Source of the DNA: Candidatus Eiseniibacteriota bacterium
GTDB lineage: Bacteria; Eisenbacteria; RBG-16-71-46
Assembly (NCBI GenBank): GCA_963776245.1
Contig: CAVZLN010000003.1
Coordinates: 1,088,001-1,152,000, forward strand
Direction: 5' to 3'
DNA length: 64,000 nucleotides
This document shows, one piece after another, positions 9,960 to 19,945 of the stretch. The notes below the pieces were generated by a model. The model searched no databases. It saw only the letters and a list, made by a program, of their open reading frames with translations, and was not told the DNA's origin. Positions within the stretch are counted from its first letter, which is position 1; the number at the start of each line of letters is the position of its first letter. A program made the position numbers and the translations under genes.

Positions 9960-10630
9960 CCCTTCAGCGAGGTGAGCCGCGTGGTGTCACCGTGGTCGAA
10001 GGTGTCCTCGATGCGGCCGACGAACACTCCGAGCAATGCCACGCCCACCAGCAGGTCGAGCAGCACGCCGATCTCGACCACCAGCGGCATGCCGTAGGTG
10101 AGGGAGACCGCGCCGAGGAAGATCGCGTTCTCCACCAGCACCAGTCCGACGATCTGCATCAGCGCCTGGCGGCGGCTCACCATCACGAACAGCCCGATGA
10201 GCGTGGCCGCGACCGAGACCGGCAGGCACGACGCGAGGATGGTGGTGCCGGCGCCGAACAGCGCGCGCGTCTGGCTGAACGCCACCACCACCAGCGCCCC
10301 GCCGGTCAGCGCCGAGGCGGGGATGCCGATGTACGAGTCCACCAGGCCCGGCCCCTTCGAGCGTGCCGCCGCGCGGCCGAGCAGGCGCGGGATGAGGAAG
10401 CCCTTGATCGCGCCCACCAGCGTCGCCGCGACCAGGATGTGCCAGGCGCCGGTGGACTGGGCCACCACCAGCGCGATGCCGGCGAGACTCCACGAGTTCC
10501 AGGTGTAGGCGCGGATCGCGCCCGCGACGCGGCGCTGGCTCACGGCGTAGAGCGCCGAGAGCAGGAACGCGCCCGCCAGCAGGTTGATGGCGTTGCTGTG
10601 CGGGAGCCAGTCGGGGAGCGGGAGGTCCAT
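9956..10630 (-). CDS. hyfE: Hydrogenase-4 component E (HyfE-like)
   Basis: Multi-TM, QIVGLVLVENAI, MPLVVEIGVLLD, C-terminal LTSLKG; ATG at 10630. Confidence 0.85.
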   Translation of the reverse strand: MDLPLPDWLPHSNAINLLAGAFLLSALYAVSQRRVAGAIRAYTWNSWSLAGIALVVAQSTGAWHILVAATLVGAIKGFLIPRLLGRAAARSKGPGLVDSYIGIPASALTGGALVVVAFSQTRALFGAGTTILASCLPVSVAATLIGLFVMVSRRQALMQIVGLVLVENAIFLGAVSLTYGMPLVVEIGVLLDLLVGVALLGVFVGRIEDTFDHGDTTRLTSLKG

Positions 10631-11583
10631 CACTTGAGCATCGCGTTGGAGGCCAGGGCGAGCAACGAGAGCAGGAACGCCATGCCGAGGAACTCGGGCA
10701 CGCGGAACAGACGCATCTTGGCGGTCACCGATTCGATCGCGGCGATCACCACGCACATCGTCAGCAGCTTGGCCATCCAGATGCCCGCCGCCAGCGCGAG
10801 CGCCCCGGCGGTGGGCTCGAGCGCGATGCCCCACGGCAGGAAGAGGTTCGCCACCAGGGTGAGCAGCACGATCTGCCGCACCGCCGCCGCCCACTCGAGC
10901 AGGGCCAGGTGGCGCCCCGAGACGTCGAGCAGCATCCCTTCGTGGATCATGGTGAGTTCGAGGTGGGTGACCGGGTTGTCCACCGGCACGCGGCCGGTCT
11001 CGGAGAGCGCGACGATCCACATCGCGGCCAGCGCCAGCAAGTGGGATGGCGAGAGCCAGCCGAGGGGCGCGGTCGCCACCGCGCGCGCGATGCCGCCGAG
11101 CGCCGTGGTGTGCGCGCCGATCGCGAGCGTGAACACCGCCAGCATGAGCGCGGGCTCGGCCAGCGCCGCGAGCGCCATGTGGCGGCTCGCGGCCATGCCG
11201 CCGAAGGTCGTGCCGGGCTCCATCGCGAGCAGCGCCTGGAGCACGCGCGCGGCGGCGAACAGCGCCACCGTCGCCACCAGGTCACCGGCGAATCCGAGCG
11301 GATCGCCCGCCAGCACCACCGGCGTCCAGGCGCACACCGCGAGCGAGCACGCGAGCACGGCGACCGGCGCCGCGCGTGCCAGCCACGAGGCGTCCTCGGA
11401 GACGATCGACTCCTTGTGCCACAGCCGCCCCAGGTCGGCGTACCGCTGGAGCACCGGAGCCCCCCGGCGCATCTGCAGCCGCGCCTTGAGCGCGGCGATG
11501 ACCCCGTTGAGCAGCGGCGCCATCAGCACCAGCATCACGGTCTGCCCGACCACCAGCGCGGCGCTCAGGAGCGGATCGTTCAC
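10630..11583 (-). CDS. hyfC: HyfC/HycD (NuoH-like) membrane subunit
   Basis: RRGAPVLQRYADL, ETGRVPVDNPVTHLELTMIHEGM, AKMRLFRVP; GTG at 11583. Confidence 0.85.
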   Translation of the reverse strand: MNDPLLSAALVVGQTVMLVLMAPLLNGVIAALKARLQMRRGAPVLQRYADLGRLWHKESIVSEDASWLARAAPVAVLACSLAVCAWTPVVLAGDPLGFAGDLVATVALFAAARVLQALLAMEPGTTFGGMAASRHMALAALAEPALMLAVFTLAIGAHTTALGGIARAVATAPLGWLSPSHLLALAAMWIVALSETGRVPVDNPVTHLELTMIHEGMLLDVSGRHLALLEWAAAVRQIVLLTLVANLFLPWGIALEPTAGALALAAGIWMAKLLTMCVVIAAIESVTAKMRLFRVPEFLGMAFLLSLLALASNAMLK

Positions 11584-13655
11584 GGCCGCATCGCCCCGAG
11601 CAGCAGCACCACCAGCGTGACCAGCAGGTAGAGCATGTAGAGGTTGAGGTTCCCGGTCTGGAGGCGGCGCGCCTGCTCGGACGTCCACAGCACCGCCTGC
11701 ACCAGCGGTTCGTAGAACAGCCGTTCGACCAGCGGCGGCACGCCCGAGTGGTAGCGATACCGGTGGCCGAAGTACGGCGAGCCCTCCTCGAGCACCTCGA
11801 GCTCGCGCTCGGCGCGCAGCAGCGGGCCGAAGATCAACCGCAGGGGCTTGGTGAACCCGAGCGCCGAGTACTGCTGGCGCGCGTCGAGCCGCACCCCGCA
11901 CGCCCACGACGGCGCGCGCCGCACCGGGGTGCGCAGCCGCGCGAGCGACAGCCAGGCCATGGGCAGGAGCCCGAACAGCGCCGCCAGCAGCGCCAGCGAG
12001 AGCGGGGAGACGCTCGCGAAGGCCGGGCCGAGCGGCGCCAGCACCAGGCCGTCCCAGGCCGACAGCCTCACCGCGTCGAAGCCCGGCACGAGCGAATCGA
12101 GCGAGCGGCCCAGCGCGCCCAGCGCCCAGGTGGCGCCGGTGCCCCACGCCACGCCGAGCGCCGCGAGCGCGAGCAGCGTCCATTCCAGCGCCGGACCCGC
12201 CGCGTGCGCCTGCGCCGCGCCGGCGCTGCGCGGGCGGCCGAGGAAGCCGACGCCATAGAGCTTGACCAGCGCCGCGGCCGAGAGCGCGGTCGCGAGCGCC
12301 AGTCCCGCGCCCACGAACGGCGCGAGCAGCCGCAGGCTGCCGGTGCCGGCCGAGAAGCCGACGATGAGCGCCTGGTAGAGCAGCCACTCGCCGATGAAGC
12401 AGGCGAACAGCGGCAGCCCCGAGAGCGCGAGGACGGACGCGAGGGCCGCGCCCGAGAGCCGCGGCAGCCGGCGCGCGAGGCCGCCCAGCTTCTCGAGGTC
12501 GCGGCTGCCCGCCGCGTGCGCCGCCTCGCCCACGGCGAGGAACGCGAGCCCCTTCGAGAGCCCGTGCCCCACGGCGTGGTACAGGCAGGCGGCGAGCGCC
12601 ACGCCAGCGAGCGCCGGCTGGCCGCCGCGCACGAAGGTGGCCGCGAGCCCGAGGGCGATCGCCAGCAGCCCGGCGTTCTTGATCGTGGAGTAGGCGAGCA
12701 GGCGCTTGGCGTCGCTCTCGAGCACCGCGTAGAGCGCTCCCAGCAGCGCCGTGGCCGCGCCGGCGACCAGCAGCGTCTCGCCCCAGCCGGCCACCGGCCC
12801 GCCCGCCATCTGCCAGGCGAAGCGCAGCAGGCCGTAGAGCCCGGCCTTGACCATCACGCCCGAGAGCAGCGCCGAGACCGGCGCGGGCGCTTCGGGGTGC
12901 GCCAGCGGCAGCCATACGTGGAGCGGCGCCAGCCCGAGCTTGACGGCGAAGCCGATGGTCATCGCCCACGCCACCCACCGCGCCTCGGCCGGCGGCAGCG
13001 CCGCGAACGCGGCCGCGAGGTCGGTGAACGCGAACGAGCCCGCCACCGCCGAGAGGCGGAGCAGCGCGAGCGCCATGAAGGCCGCCCCGGCGTGCGAGAG
13101 CGCGAGGTACACGAACGCCGCGCCCCGGGCGCGCGCGCTGCGGGGATCGGCCGCCACCAGCGCCGCCGAGAGCAGCGTCATGCCCTCCCACGCCAGCAGG
13201 AACAACAGCGCGTGCCGCGCCGCGAACGCCGCGGCGAGCGCCAGCGCGAACGCCGCGTGCAGGGCGATGCGCGCGAGGTCGCCCGCGCCGGCGCCCGCCG
13301 TCCCCGGGTCGTGCGCCTGAGCGGTGCGATGGCTGATGAACGACGCGGCGCCGACGATGCCGAGCAGCAGCAGGAAAGGCGCGGCGAGCCCGTCGATTCC
13401 CAGCGACCAGGGGTCGCCCGGCAGCCCCGGCCACCACTCGAGCGGCGAAGGCTCGGCGCCCGCGAGCGCGAGGCCCGCGGCCACCGCGAGCGCCCCGCAG
13501 GCGACCGCGGCGGTGGCGCGCGCGAGGCGGAAGCGGACCAGCCGGGAGGGGCGCGCCGGCGCGGGCAGCAGTCCGAGCGCGGGCACGAGCGCAGCGGCGG
13601 CCAGACCCCAGACCGCGAGCGCTAGAAGGCCGCCGGCGAGCGCGGCGAGCGGCAT
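11580..13655 (-). CDS. hyfB: HyfB/HycC (NuoL/MrpA-like) proton-translocating subunit
   Basis: KLGLAPLHVWLPLAHPEAPAPVSALLSG, KRLLAYST, WACG, LQTGNLNLY; start uncertain (13655 or 13685). Confidence 0.85.
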   Translation of the reverse strand: MPLAALAGGLLALAVWGLAAAALVPALGLLPAPARPSRLVRFRLARATAAVACGALAVAAGLALAGAEPSPLEWWPGLPGDPWSLGIDGLAAPFLLLLGIVGAASFISHRTAQAHDPGTAGAGAGDLARIALHAAFALALAAAFAARHALLFLLAWEGMTLLSAALVAADPRSARARGAAFVYLALSHAGAAFMALALLRLSAVAGSFAFTDLAAAFAALPPAEARWVAWAMTIGFAVKLGLAPLHVWLPLAHPEAPAPVSALLSGVMVKAGLYGLLRFAWQMAGGPVAGWGETLLVAGAATALLGALYAVLESDAKRLLAYSTIKNAGLLAIALGLAATFVRGGQPALAGVALAACLYHAVGHGLSKGLAFLAVGEAAHAAGSRDLEKLGGLARRLPRLSGAALASVLALSGLPLFACFIGEWLLYQALIVGFSAGTGSLRLLAPFVGAGLALATALSAAALVKLYGVGFLGRPRSAGAAQAHAAGPALEWTLLALAALGVAWGTGATWALGALGRSLDSLVPGFDAVRLSAWDGLVLAPLGPAFASVSPLSLALLAALFGLLPMAWLSLARLRTPVRRAPSWACGVRLDARQQYSALGFTKPLRLIFGPLLRAERELEVLEEGSPYFGHRYRYHSGVPPLVERLFYEPLVQAVLWTSEQARRLQTGNLNLYMLYLLVTLVVLLLGAMRP

Positions 13656-13727
13656 CAGCCATCCCTGGTTGAAGTGACGAGGCACGCCCGCCGCGGGCGC
13701 GGGGGGCGTTCATCCATTCACCGTGCA

Positions 13728-13756
13728 GGAGTAACAAGCGCGCGGGCGGGGGTCAA
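13728..13756 (-). promoter_or_regulatory. Putative sigma70 promoter of the hydrogenase operon
   Basis: Minus strand TTGACC-N17-TACTCC. Confidence 0.45.
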
Positions 13757-14046
13757 GGGCCGCGGTGCGAGGCGTGCCGTGGAGGTGCGGCGCGGAGCGG
13801 GAGGAGGTGCGCCCGAAGCAGGCGGAGGCCGCGTGGATCGCGGCGCGGGGCCGATCCGCTCGCAGCACCGAGGGTGACCGGCGTGCCCGGCCGAGGTGGC
13901 GTCCTGCCGAAGTGACGTTTTGCCATTGAGGGGGCGGAACCGTGGAGCCTATCATTCGAATGTGGAGGGCACTGCCCTCATCCCATGGATCGCCGTCGTC
14001 ACCCGACGGCCCGGTGGGCAATGCCCTTGAAATGGAGGCCGCGTCC

Positions 14047-16503
14047 ATGTTCAAGACTCAGCAGTTCTGTGCGTCGTGCATCGCCGTCATCACGACCGCT
14101 CTCGTCCCCCATTTCGCGTTCGCCGCCTGGCCGCACAGCCCGTTCACGAATCTGCCGGTCTGCACCGCGGCGATCACCCAGCAGTACTCCACGATCGCTA
14201 CGGATGGCTCGGGCGGCGCCATCGTCACGTGGCAGGACTTCCGTGGCCTCTGGACCTCTGACATCTACGCCCAGCACGTGCTGGCGAGCGGTGAGGCCGA
14301 CCCGGCATGGCCGGCCAACGGCCTTGCCATCTGCACCGCGGTGAGCAGTCAGGAGTTCCCTGTCATCGTATCGGACGGCGCAGGCGGCGCCGTCGTCACC
14401 TGGGGCGACGCTCGAAACGGGAATTACGACATCTTCGCCCAGCACGTGCTGGCGGGCGGCACGGTGGATCCGGCGTGGCCGGCGGATGGTCGCGCGCTCT
14501 GCACCGCGGCGGGCCATCAGGTGAGTCCCGCGGTCGTCTCGGACGGCGCAGGCGGCGCCATCGTCACCTGGCAGGACCTGCGCGGCGGCATCGTCTACAG
14601 CATCTACGCTCAGCACGTGCTGGCGGGCGGCGCCGTGGATCCGGCCTGGCCCGCGGACGGACGAGCGTTCTACACGCAGGAGTCTCAGCAGATCTCCCCT
14701 GCGATCATCTCCGACGGCGCGGGCGGCGCCATCGTCACCTGGCAGGACGCTCGCAGCGGCGCCTACGACATCTACGCTCAGCGCCTCCGGGCGAGCGGTG
14801 CCGTGGACCCGGCCTGGCCCGCGGCCGGCCGCGCCCTGTGTGCCGCAACGGACGATCAATCATCCCCCAGGATCGTCTCGGACGGCGCGGGTGGCGCCAT
14901 CGTCACGTGGCACGACCTCCGCAGCGGCACGGGCTACGACATCTACTCCCAGCACGTGCTGCCGAGCGGGGGCCTGGATCCCGCGTGGCCGGTGAACGGC
15001 CGCGCCGTGTGCACCACCGGGAACCACCAATCCGCTCCTGCGATCGCCTCGGACGGCGCGGGCGGCGCCATCGTCGCCTGGCACGACATGCGCAGCGGGA
15101 CGAACTACGACATCTACGCCCAGCACGTGCAGGCGAGCGGCGGCCTGGATCCCGCGTGGCCCGCCGAGGGTCGCGCGCTCCTGATCGCGCCGAACGATCA
15201 GTGGTACCCGTCGGTCGTTTCAGATGGGGCGGGCGGCGCCATCGTCATCTGGGGGGACAACCGCAACGGCAACTACGACATCTACGCCCAGCACGTGCAG
15301 GCAGGGGGAGTCGTGGATCCGGCGTGGCCCGCGGACGGCCGCGCCCTCTCGACCGCGGCGGGCACCCAGGGGTGGTTCACGGTCGTCACCGACGGCTCGG
15401 GTGGCGCCAATGTCACGTGGTCCGACGATCGGAACGGCGAGTGGGACATCTACGCGCAGCGCGTTGCGCGCTTCGGCTACCTCGGCACGCCCGAGGCCGA
15501 GGTCATCTCCGTGAGGGACGTCGCCGGCGATCAGGGCGGCAAGGTGAAGCTCTCGTGGAACGCGAGCTACCTCGACACCGGGGGCGACCCGAACCTGAGC
15601 GCCTATGACGTCCTGCGTTCCGTGCCCCAGGGCGCGGTGGCGGCGGCGCGGACGCGCGGCCAGCGTGTCGTGCCGCTGGGTGTCGGCGCGCTCGTTCCCG
15701 GGGAGATCCTGGTCTCCACCCTCGGTGCCCAGACGCTCTACTGGGAGTACCTCGCCACGGTGAACGCGCTTCACTACGTTTCCGGTTACAGCTACGTCGC
15801 GGCAACGACCACGGACTCGACGGGCACATCGAATCCGCTCACCGCATACATGATCGTCGCCCGCAACGCGACGACCACGATGTACTGGCCCTCGGCGCCG
15901 GCGTACGGCTACTCGGTGGACGATCTCGCGCCGGTCGCCCCCGCGACCTTCGTCGGCCGGTACGCCGCAGGTTCCACGACGCTTGAATGGAGCCCGAACG
16001 CCGAGAGCGATCTCGCGGGCTACCGGTTGTACCGCGGGTACGAGCCGGCATTCGCGCCGGGGCCGGGGAATCTCGTGGCCGCGCTTGCGGGCACGAACTA
16101 CGTGGACGCGGCGGGCGGGACCGCCTACTACAGGCTCGCGGCGGTGGACATCCACGGCAACCAGAGCCCGTACGCGTTCCTGCAGCCGGATGGGACGGTG
16201 GGGGTGGACGGGGTGGCGCCCGTGCGCGAGGTCTCGTTCGCGCGCCCGGCGCCCAACCCGGCGCGGGAGGGTGTGTCGCTCGCGTTCGCTCTGCCGCGTG
16301 AGGCGCGGGTGGAACTGGCGGTCTTCGATCCGGCGGGCCGCCGGGTGCGGACGCTGGTGGCGGGGGTGCGGGCGGCAGGAGAGCACGCGCCGCGCTGGGA
16401 CCTGAGCGACGACGCGGGACGGGCGGTGGGCGCCGGGCTCTACTTCGCGCGCCTCGAGGTCGAAGGCCGGCGGCTGGTGCGAAGGCTCGCAGTGACACGG
16501 TAG
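14047..16503 (+). CDS. Secreted protein: eight-repeat (beta-propeller-like) domain, FN3-like domain, C-terminal FlgD-Ig/T9SS-type CTD
   Basis: Signal peptide ending AFA-AW, GGAGG RBS, eight DGxGGAIVxWxDxR..YDIYAQH repeats, C-terminal PAPNP...VFDPAGRRVRTL...WDLSDDAGRAVGAGLYFARL. Confidence 0.85.
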   Translation: MFKTQQFCASCIAVITTALVPHFAFAAWPHSPFTNLPVCTAAITQQYSTIATDGSGGAIVTWQDFRGLWTSDIYAQHVLASGEADPAWPANGLAICTAVSSQEFPVIVSDGAGGAVVTWGDARNGNYDIFAQHVLAGGTVDPAWPADGRALCTAAGHQVSPAVVSDGAGGAIVTWQDLRGGIVYSIYAQHVLAGGAVDPAWPADGRAFYTQESQQISPAIISDGAGGAIVTWQDARSGAYDIYAQRLRASGAVDPAWPAAGRALCAATDDQSSPRIVSDGAGGAIVTWHDLRSGTGYDIYSQHVLPSGGLDPAWPVNGRAVCTTGNHQSAPAIASDGAGGAIVAWHDMRSGTNYDIYAQHVQASGGLDPAWPAEGRALLIAPNDQWYPSVVSDGAGGAIVIWGDNRNGNYDIYAQHVQAGGVVDPAWPADGRALSTAAGTQGWFTVVTDGSGGANVTWSDDRNGEWDIYAQRVARFGYLGTPEAEVISVRDVAGDQGGKVKLSWNASYLDTGGDPNLSAYDVLRSVPQGAVAAARTRGQRVVPLGVGALVPGEILVSTLGAQTLYWEYLATVNALHYVSGYSYVAATTTDSTGTSNPLTAYMIVARNATTTMYWPSAPAYGYSVDDLAPVAPATFVGRYAAGSTTLEWSPNAESDLAGYRLYRGYEPAFAPGPGNLVAALAGTNYVDAAGGTAYYRLAAVDIHGNQSPYAFLQPDGTVGVDGVAPVREVSFARPAPNPAREGVSLAFALPREARVELAVFDPAGRRVRTLVAGVRAAGEHAPRWDLSDDAGRAVGAGLYFARLEVEGRRLVRRLAVTR
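14200..15470 (+). repeat. Eight intragenic tandem repeats, 168-171 bp period
   Basis: Recurring GACGGCGC(A/G)GG(C/T)GGCGCCATCGTCAC and GACATCTACGCCCAGCACGTG near 14203, 14374, 14542, 14713, 14881, 15052, 15223, 15391. Confidence 0.9.
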
Positions 16504-16645
16504 TGGCCACCGCGGGGCCGGTCGCTCCGCCCTTTCCGGTCCCGTCGGTCGCGGTGTAACGTCGCAGGGCCTCCCGAGCCAGCCCCGGCCCCCGCCTCGC
16601 GCCTCGGGAGATCGCCCGCGCACCACCCTTCTCCCCGAGGTCAGC

Positions 16646-19465
16646 GTGATCGGCAGGTGCTTCTCGCACTACCGCGTCCTCCGATTGCTGAGCGAGGGCG
16701 GCATGGGCTCGGTCTACGAGGCCGTGGACCTGACGCTCGAGCGGCGCGTGGCGATCAAGGTGATCCGCCCGCCGGAGCTGGATTCCGGCGACGCGCTGGA
16801 GCTCTTCCTGCGCGAGGCGCGGGCGGTCTCGCGGGTCGAGCACCCGAACGTGGTCGCCATCCACGACGTGCTCGCCGAGGACGGGCTCCACCTGCTGGTG
16901 ATGCAGTACGTGGATGGCGCGCCCCTGCGCGAGCGGCTCCGCGCCGGACCGATGCGGGTGTCCGAGGCGCTGCGGGTGGCCGAGGAGGTGACGCGGGGAC
17001 TGCAGGAGGCCCATCGCCACGGCGTCGTCCATCGCGACGTGAAGCCCGACAACGTCATGATGACGTCGGGCGGGACCTGCAAGGTGCTGGACTTCGGCGT
17101 GGCGCGACTGGTGGATCGCACCACGGTGCGCGATTCGGGCGGGCTGATCGGCACCGTCCCCTACATGTCCCCCGAGCAGGTGCGCGGAGAACGCGTGGAC
17201 GCGCGCTGCGACCTCTACAGCGTCGGCGTGATGATGTACGAGATGCTCGCCGGCCGCCTGCCGTGGACCTCGCGCGAGACCGCGCCGATGCTCTACGAGA
17301 TCCTCGAATCGCCGGTGCCCGCGCTGCGGGATCTGCGGCCCGACCTGCCCGAGGACGTCGAACGCATGGTGGCCCACGCGATGGCGCGCAGCCCGCACGA
17401 GCGCTACCAGTCGGCGGAGGAGCTGCTGCACGACCTCGAGGTCATCCGCGACCGGTACTCCGAAGGCGCCTCGGCGGCGGACGCCCGCCTGCTGGCGCGC
17501 CCGCGCCGCGGGCGGAGGCGGCTCACACTCGTGCTCGGCGCGCTCACGGTGGTCGCGAGCGCCGCCATCCTCTATGTCGCCCTCCGCTCCCGCGCGCAGG
17601 GGCCGGAGCACGCGGGGCCGCGGCTGATGGTCGCCAACTGGGAGCTGTCGGCGCCGGATTCCGGATCGCGGTGGCTGGCGAGCGGCGTGGCGGACTACCT
17701 GATCCGTTCCCTGGCCGAGCGGCAGGACCTGAGGGTCATCAGCCGCGAGACCGCGCGTTCGGCCATCCTCGCCACCGCGCCCGCCGGGGCCGATCCCTCG
17801 ACCGCCGACGTGTCCCGAGCCGCCCGCCGGCTGGAGGCGCGCTATCTGGTGACCGGGACCATCCAGCCGCGGCGCGGCGGCGCCCGCATCCTCTGCGACC
17901 TGGTGAGCGTGCGCGATGGCACCCTGCTGCGCAGCTGGTCGCAGGACGTGGAGGGTGTCGAGGGCGGCTTCTATCCGGCGATGGAGACGTTCTCGGCGGA
18001 GATCGCGCGCCTGGTGGGTTCCGGGCGCCGGCGCGCGCCCGGGGCTCCGCGCACCATCGGCGAGGCGCTCACGCCCTCGATGGCCGCGCTGCGCGCCTAC
18101 CACGAAGCCCTGTTGCGCAGCGAGGCCGGCGACCTGCCGGGCATGCTGGCGGCGCTGCGGGTGGCCACCGCGGCGGACAGCGGGTTCGCCGACGCCCAGC
18201 TGCTGCTGGCGCGCTCCTCGCTCGATCAGGCGGAGCGCCAGCGCGCCCTGGACGCCGCGCGCGCCGCGCGCGGGAGGGCCTCGCCGGTCACCCGCGGGCT
18301 CATCGACGCGCAGGACAAGATGAACCAGGGCCGCTTCGCGGAGGCGGGCCCGATCTACGAGAGCGTGCTGGCGCGCGATCCCGAGAACGTGGTCGCCGGG
18401 GTCGCGCTCGCCCGGCTCTACGGCCAGCAGCGGCGCTTCGCCGACGCCGCGGCAGCCTTCGAGGCCCTGCACGACGTGGACCCGTTCGACTACTCGTACT
18501 ACGGCGAGTGGGCGCTGGCCTATCGCGACATCCAGCGCGACGACCGCGCGCTGGCGATCCTGCAGCAATGGCGCCACGCGCTGCCGGAGGAGCAGGCGCC
18601 GTTGCGCTCGCTCATCCAGATGCGCCAGATCCTCGGCGAGTACGAGCGCGGATTGGTGCTGTGCGACACGCTCGACGGGCTGGCCGCCGGCGCGGCCACC
18701 CGCCAGCGGGCCCAGTTGCTCGCCGACCTCGGTCGCCTGCACGAGGCGCGACGGCTGTTCCAGCGCCTCGAGGTCTCGCCCGACCCCTACGCGGTCGCGA
18801 CCCGCGGTTCTTCGTTCCTGGCCGTGCTCGCCCTCTACCAGCATGACTACGACGGGGGCTTGAGACTGCTCGAACCGGCGCTGCGCGGCGATCCGGGGGC
18901 CTACAACTGGTGGCTGGCGGGCGTGCTCGCGGCGGGCGCCCACCGCGTGCCGCTGGCCCGCGCCTACGCGGATTCCATCGCGGCCACGCTGGCCGGCGCC
19001 GGCGCCGACGAAGCGCACGCGTTCACCGGACATCGCTTCCTCTACCACCTGCGCGCCCGCATCGCGCTGGAGCAGGACAGCGCACGGGTGGCGGTGGGGA
19101 TGATGGAGCGGGCGCTGCGCAACACCGCGCGGAGCGACCGGCCGTTCTTCATCACCGACCTCGGCCGCGCGCTGCTCGCCGCCGGGGACGCGCCGCGCGC
19201 CGCCCGCGAGCTCGAGGGCATGCGGCAGCTCAACCCGCGCTACCCGCCCGGCCTGCTGGAACTGGGCCGCGCCTATCTCCGCCTGGGCCGCCGGCCGGAG
19301 GCGCGCCGGGTGCTCGCCGACCTCCAGCGCATCTGGAGCCGCGCGGACGCCGACTACGTCCTGAATCGTGAGTTGCACGCGCTGTTGCGCTCGAGCGAAA
19401 CGCGCTCGGCGCGCGACGGACACCCCGCCAACGCCACGGCCGGTCTCGCGTGGCGTGGCCGCTGA
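16646..19465 (+). CDS. Hanks-type Ser/Thr protein kinase with TM, TolB-like segment and TPR repeats
   Basis: EGGMGSVY, VAIK, HRDVKPDN, DFG, GTVPYMSPEQ; TM helix; helical repeats at the C-terminus. Confidence 0.9.
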   Translation: MIGRCFSHYRVLRLLSEGGMGSVYEAVDLTLERRVAIKVIRPPELDSGDALELFLREARAVSRVEHPNVVAIHDVLAEDGLHLLVMQYVDGAPLRERLRAGPMRVSEALRVAEEVTRGLQEAHRHGVVHRDVKPDNVMMTSGGTCKVLDFGVARLVDRTTVRDSGGLIGTVPYMSPEQVRGERVDARCDLYSVGVMMYEMLAGRLPWTSRETAPMLYEILESPVPALRDLRPDLPEDVERMVAHAMARSPHERYQSAEELLHDLEVIRDRYSEGASAADARLLARPRRGRRRLTLVLGALTVVASAAILYVALRSRAQGPEHAGPRLMVANWELSAPDSGSRWLASGVADYLIRSLAERQDLRVISRETARSAILATAPAGADPSTADVSRAARRLEARYLVTGTIQPRRGGARILCDLVSVRDGTLLRSWSQDVEGVEGGFYPAMETFSAEIARLVGSGRRRAPGAPRTIGEALTPSMAALRAYHEALLRSEAGDLPGMLAALRVATAADSGFADAQLLLARSSLDQAERQRALDAARAARGRASPVTRGLIDAQDKMNQGRFAEAGPIYESVLARDPENVVAGVALARLYGQQRRFADAAAAFEALHDVDPFDYSYYGEWALAYRDIQRDDRALAILQQWRHALPEEQAPLRSLIQMRQILGEYERGLVLCDTLDGLAAGAATRQRAQLLADLGRLHEARRLFQRLEVSPDPYAVATRGSSFLAVLALYQHDYDGGLRLLEPALRGDPGAYNWWLAGVLAAGAHRVPLARAYADSIAATLAGAGADEAHAFTGHRFLYHLRARIALEQDSARVAVGMMERALRNTARSDRPFFITDLGRALLAAGDAPRAARELEGMRQLNPRYPPGLLELGRAYLRLGRRPEARRVLADLQRIWSRADADYVLNRELHALLRSSETRSARDGHPANATAGLAWRGR

Positions 19466-19476
19466 GGAGGATCTCC

Positions 19477-19827
19477 ATGCCGGTCACGAAGCTCAGGGTC
19501 GCGACGCTGCTGCAGGCCTGCCAGAAGCTCGAATCGTCACTGCGCTTCCGGGGGGAGGTGGCGGGCTCCATCGCGTTCGACCTGAACGAAGGGGTGAACA
19601 CCCAGATCGATCTGCCGTCCGACCTTGCCACCCGCATCGACTTGATCGCGCACAGTCCGATCCCGGATCCCTGCCCGTGCCCGCCGTGGTGCGTGCCGAC
19701 CCGTCTCGGCGTGGCTCAGGGCATCGGCCAGGGCGCGGGCGAATTCGGCGCCGTGTTGGAGGGGCTGCAGGCCTTCATGGAGCAGTTGCCCGACCCGATC
19801 CGGGTCCGGGTGTTCCCGCAGCCGTAG
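19477..19827 (+). CDS. Hypothetical protein (116 aa)
   Basis: GAGGAGG RBS 6 nt before ATG 19477; contains PIPDPCPCPPWC. Confidence 0.7.
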   Translation: MPVTKLRVATLLQACQKLESSLRFRGEVAGSIAFDLNEGVNTQIDLPSDLATRIDLIAHSPIPDPCPCPPWCVPTRLGVAQGIGQGAGEFGAVLEGLQAFMEQLPDPIRVRVFPQP

Positions 19828-19945
19828 CCCGCCCCGGGTTGGACGCTGGCGGCGGCGCTCGGCTAGGGTGCCCGTCACGAGACGGGTCCGGTCGCCGGCC
19901 GCGCATCCGCGCGCTCGGACCGGGCCCGCAAGCGGGAGAAGCGAG

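Noticed and set aside
14200..15470. Regularly spaced DNA repeats as a CRISPR array or DGR template/variable repeats
   Set aside because: The period is 168-171 bp, in frame within one CDS, with no unique spacers, cas genes or reverse transcriptase.
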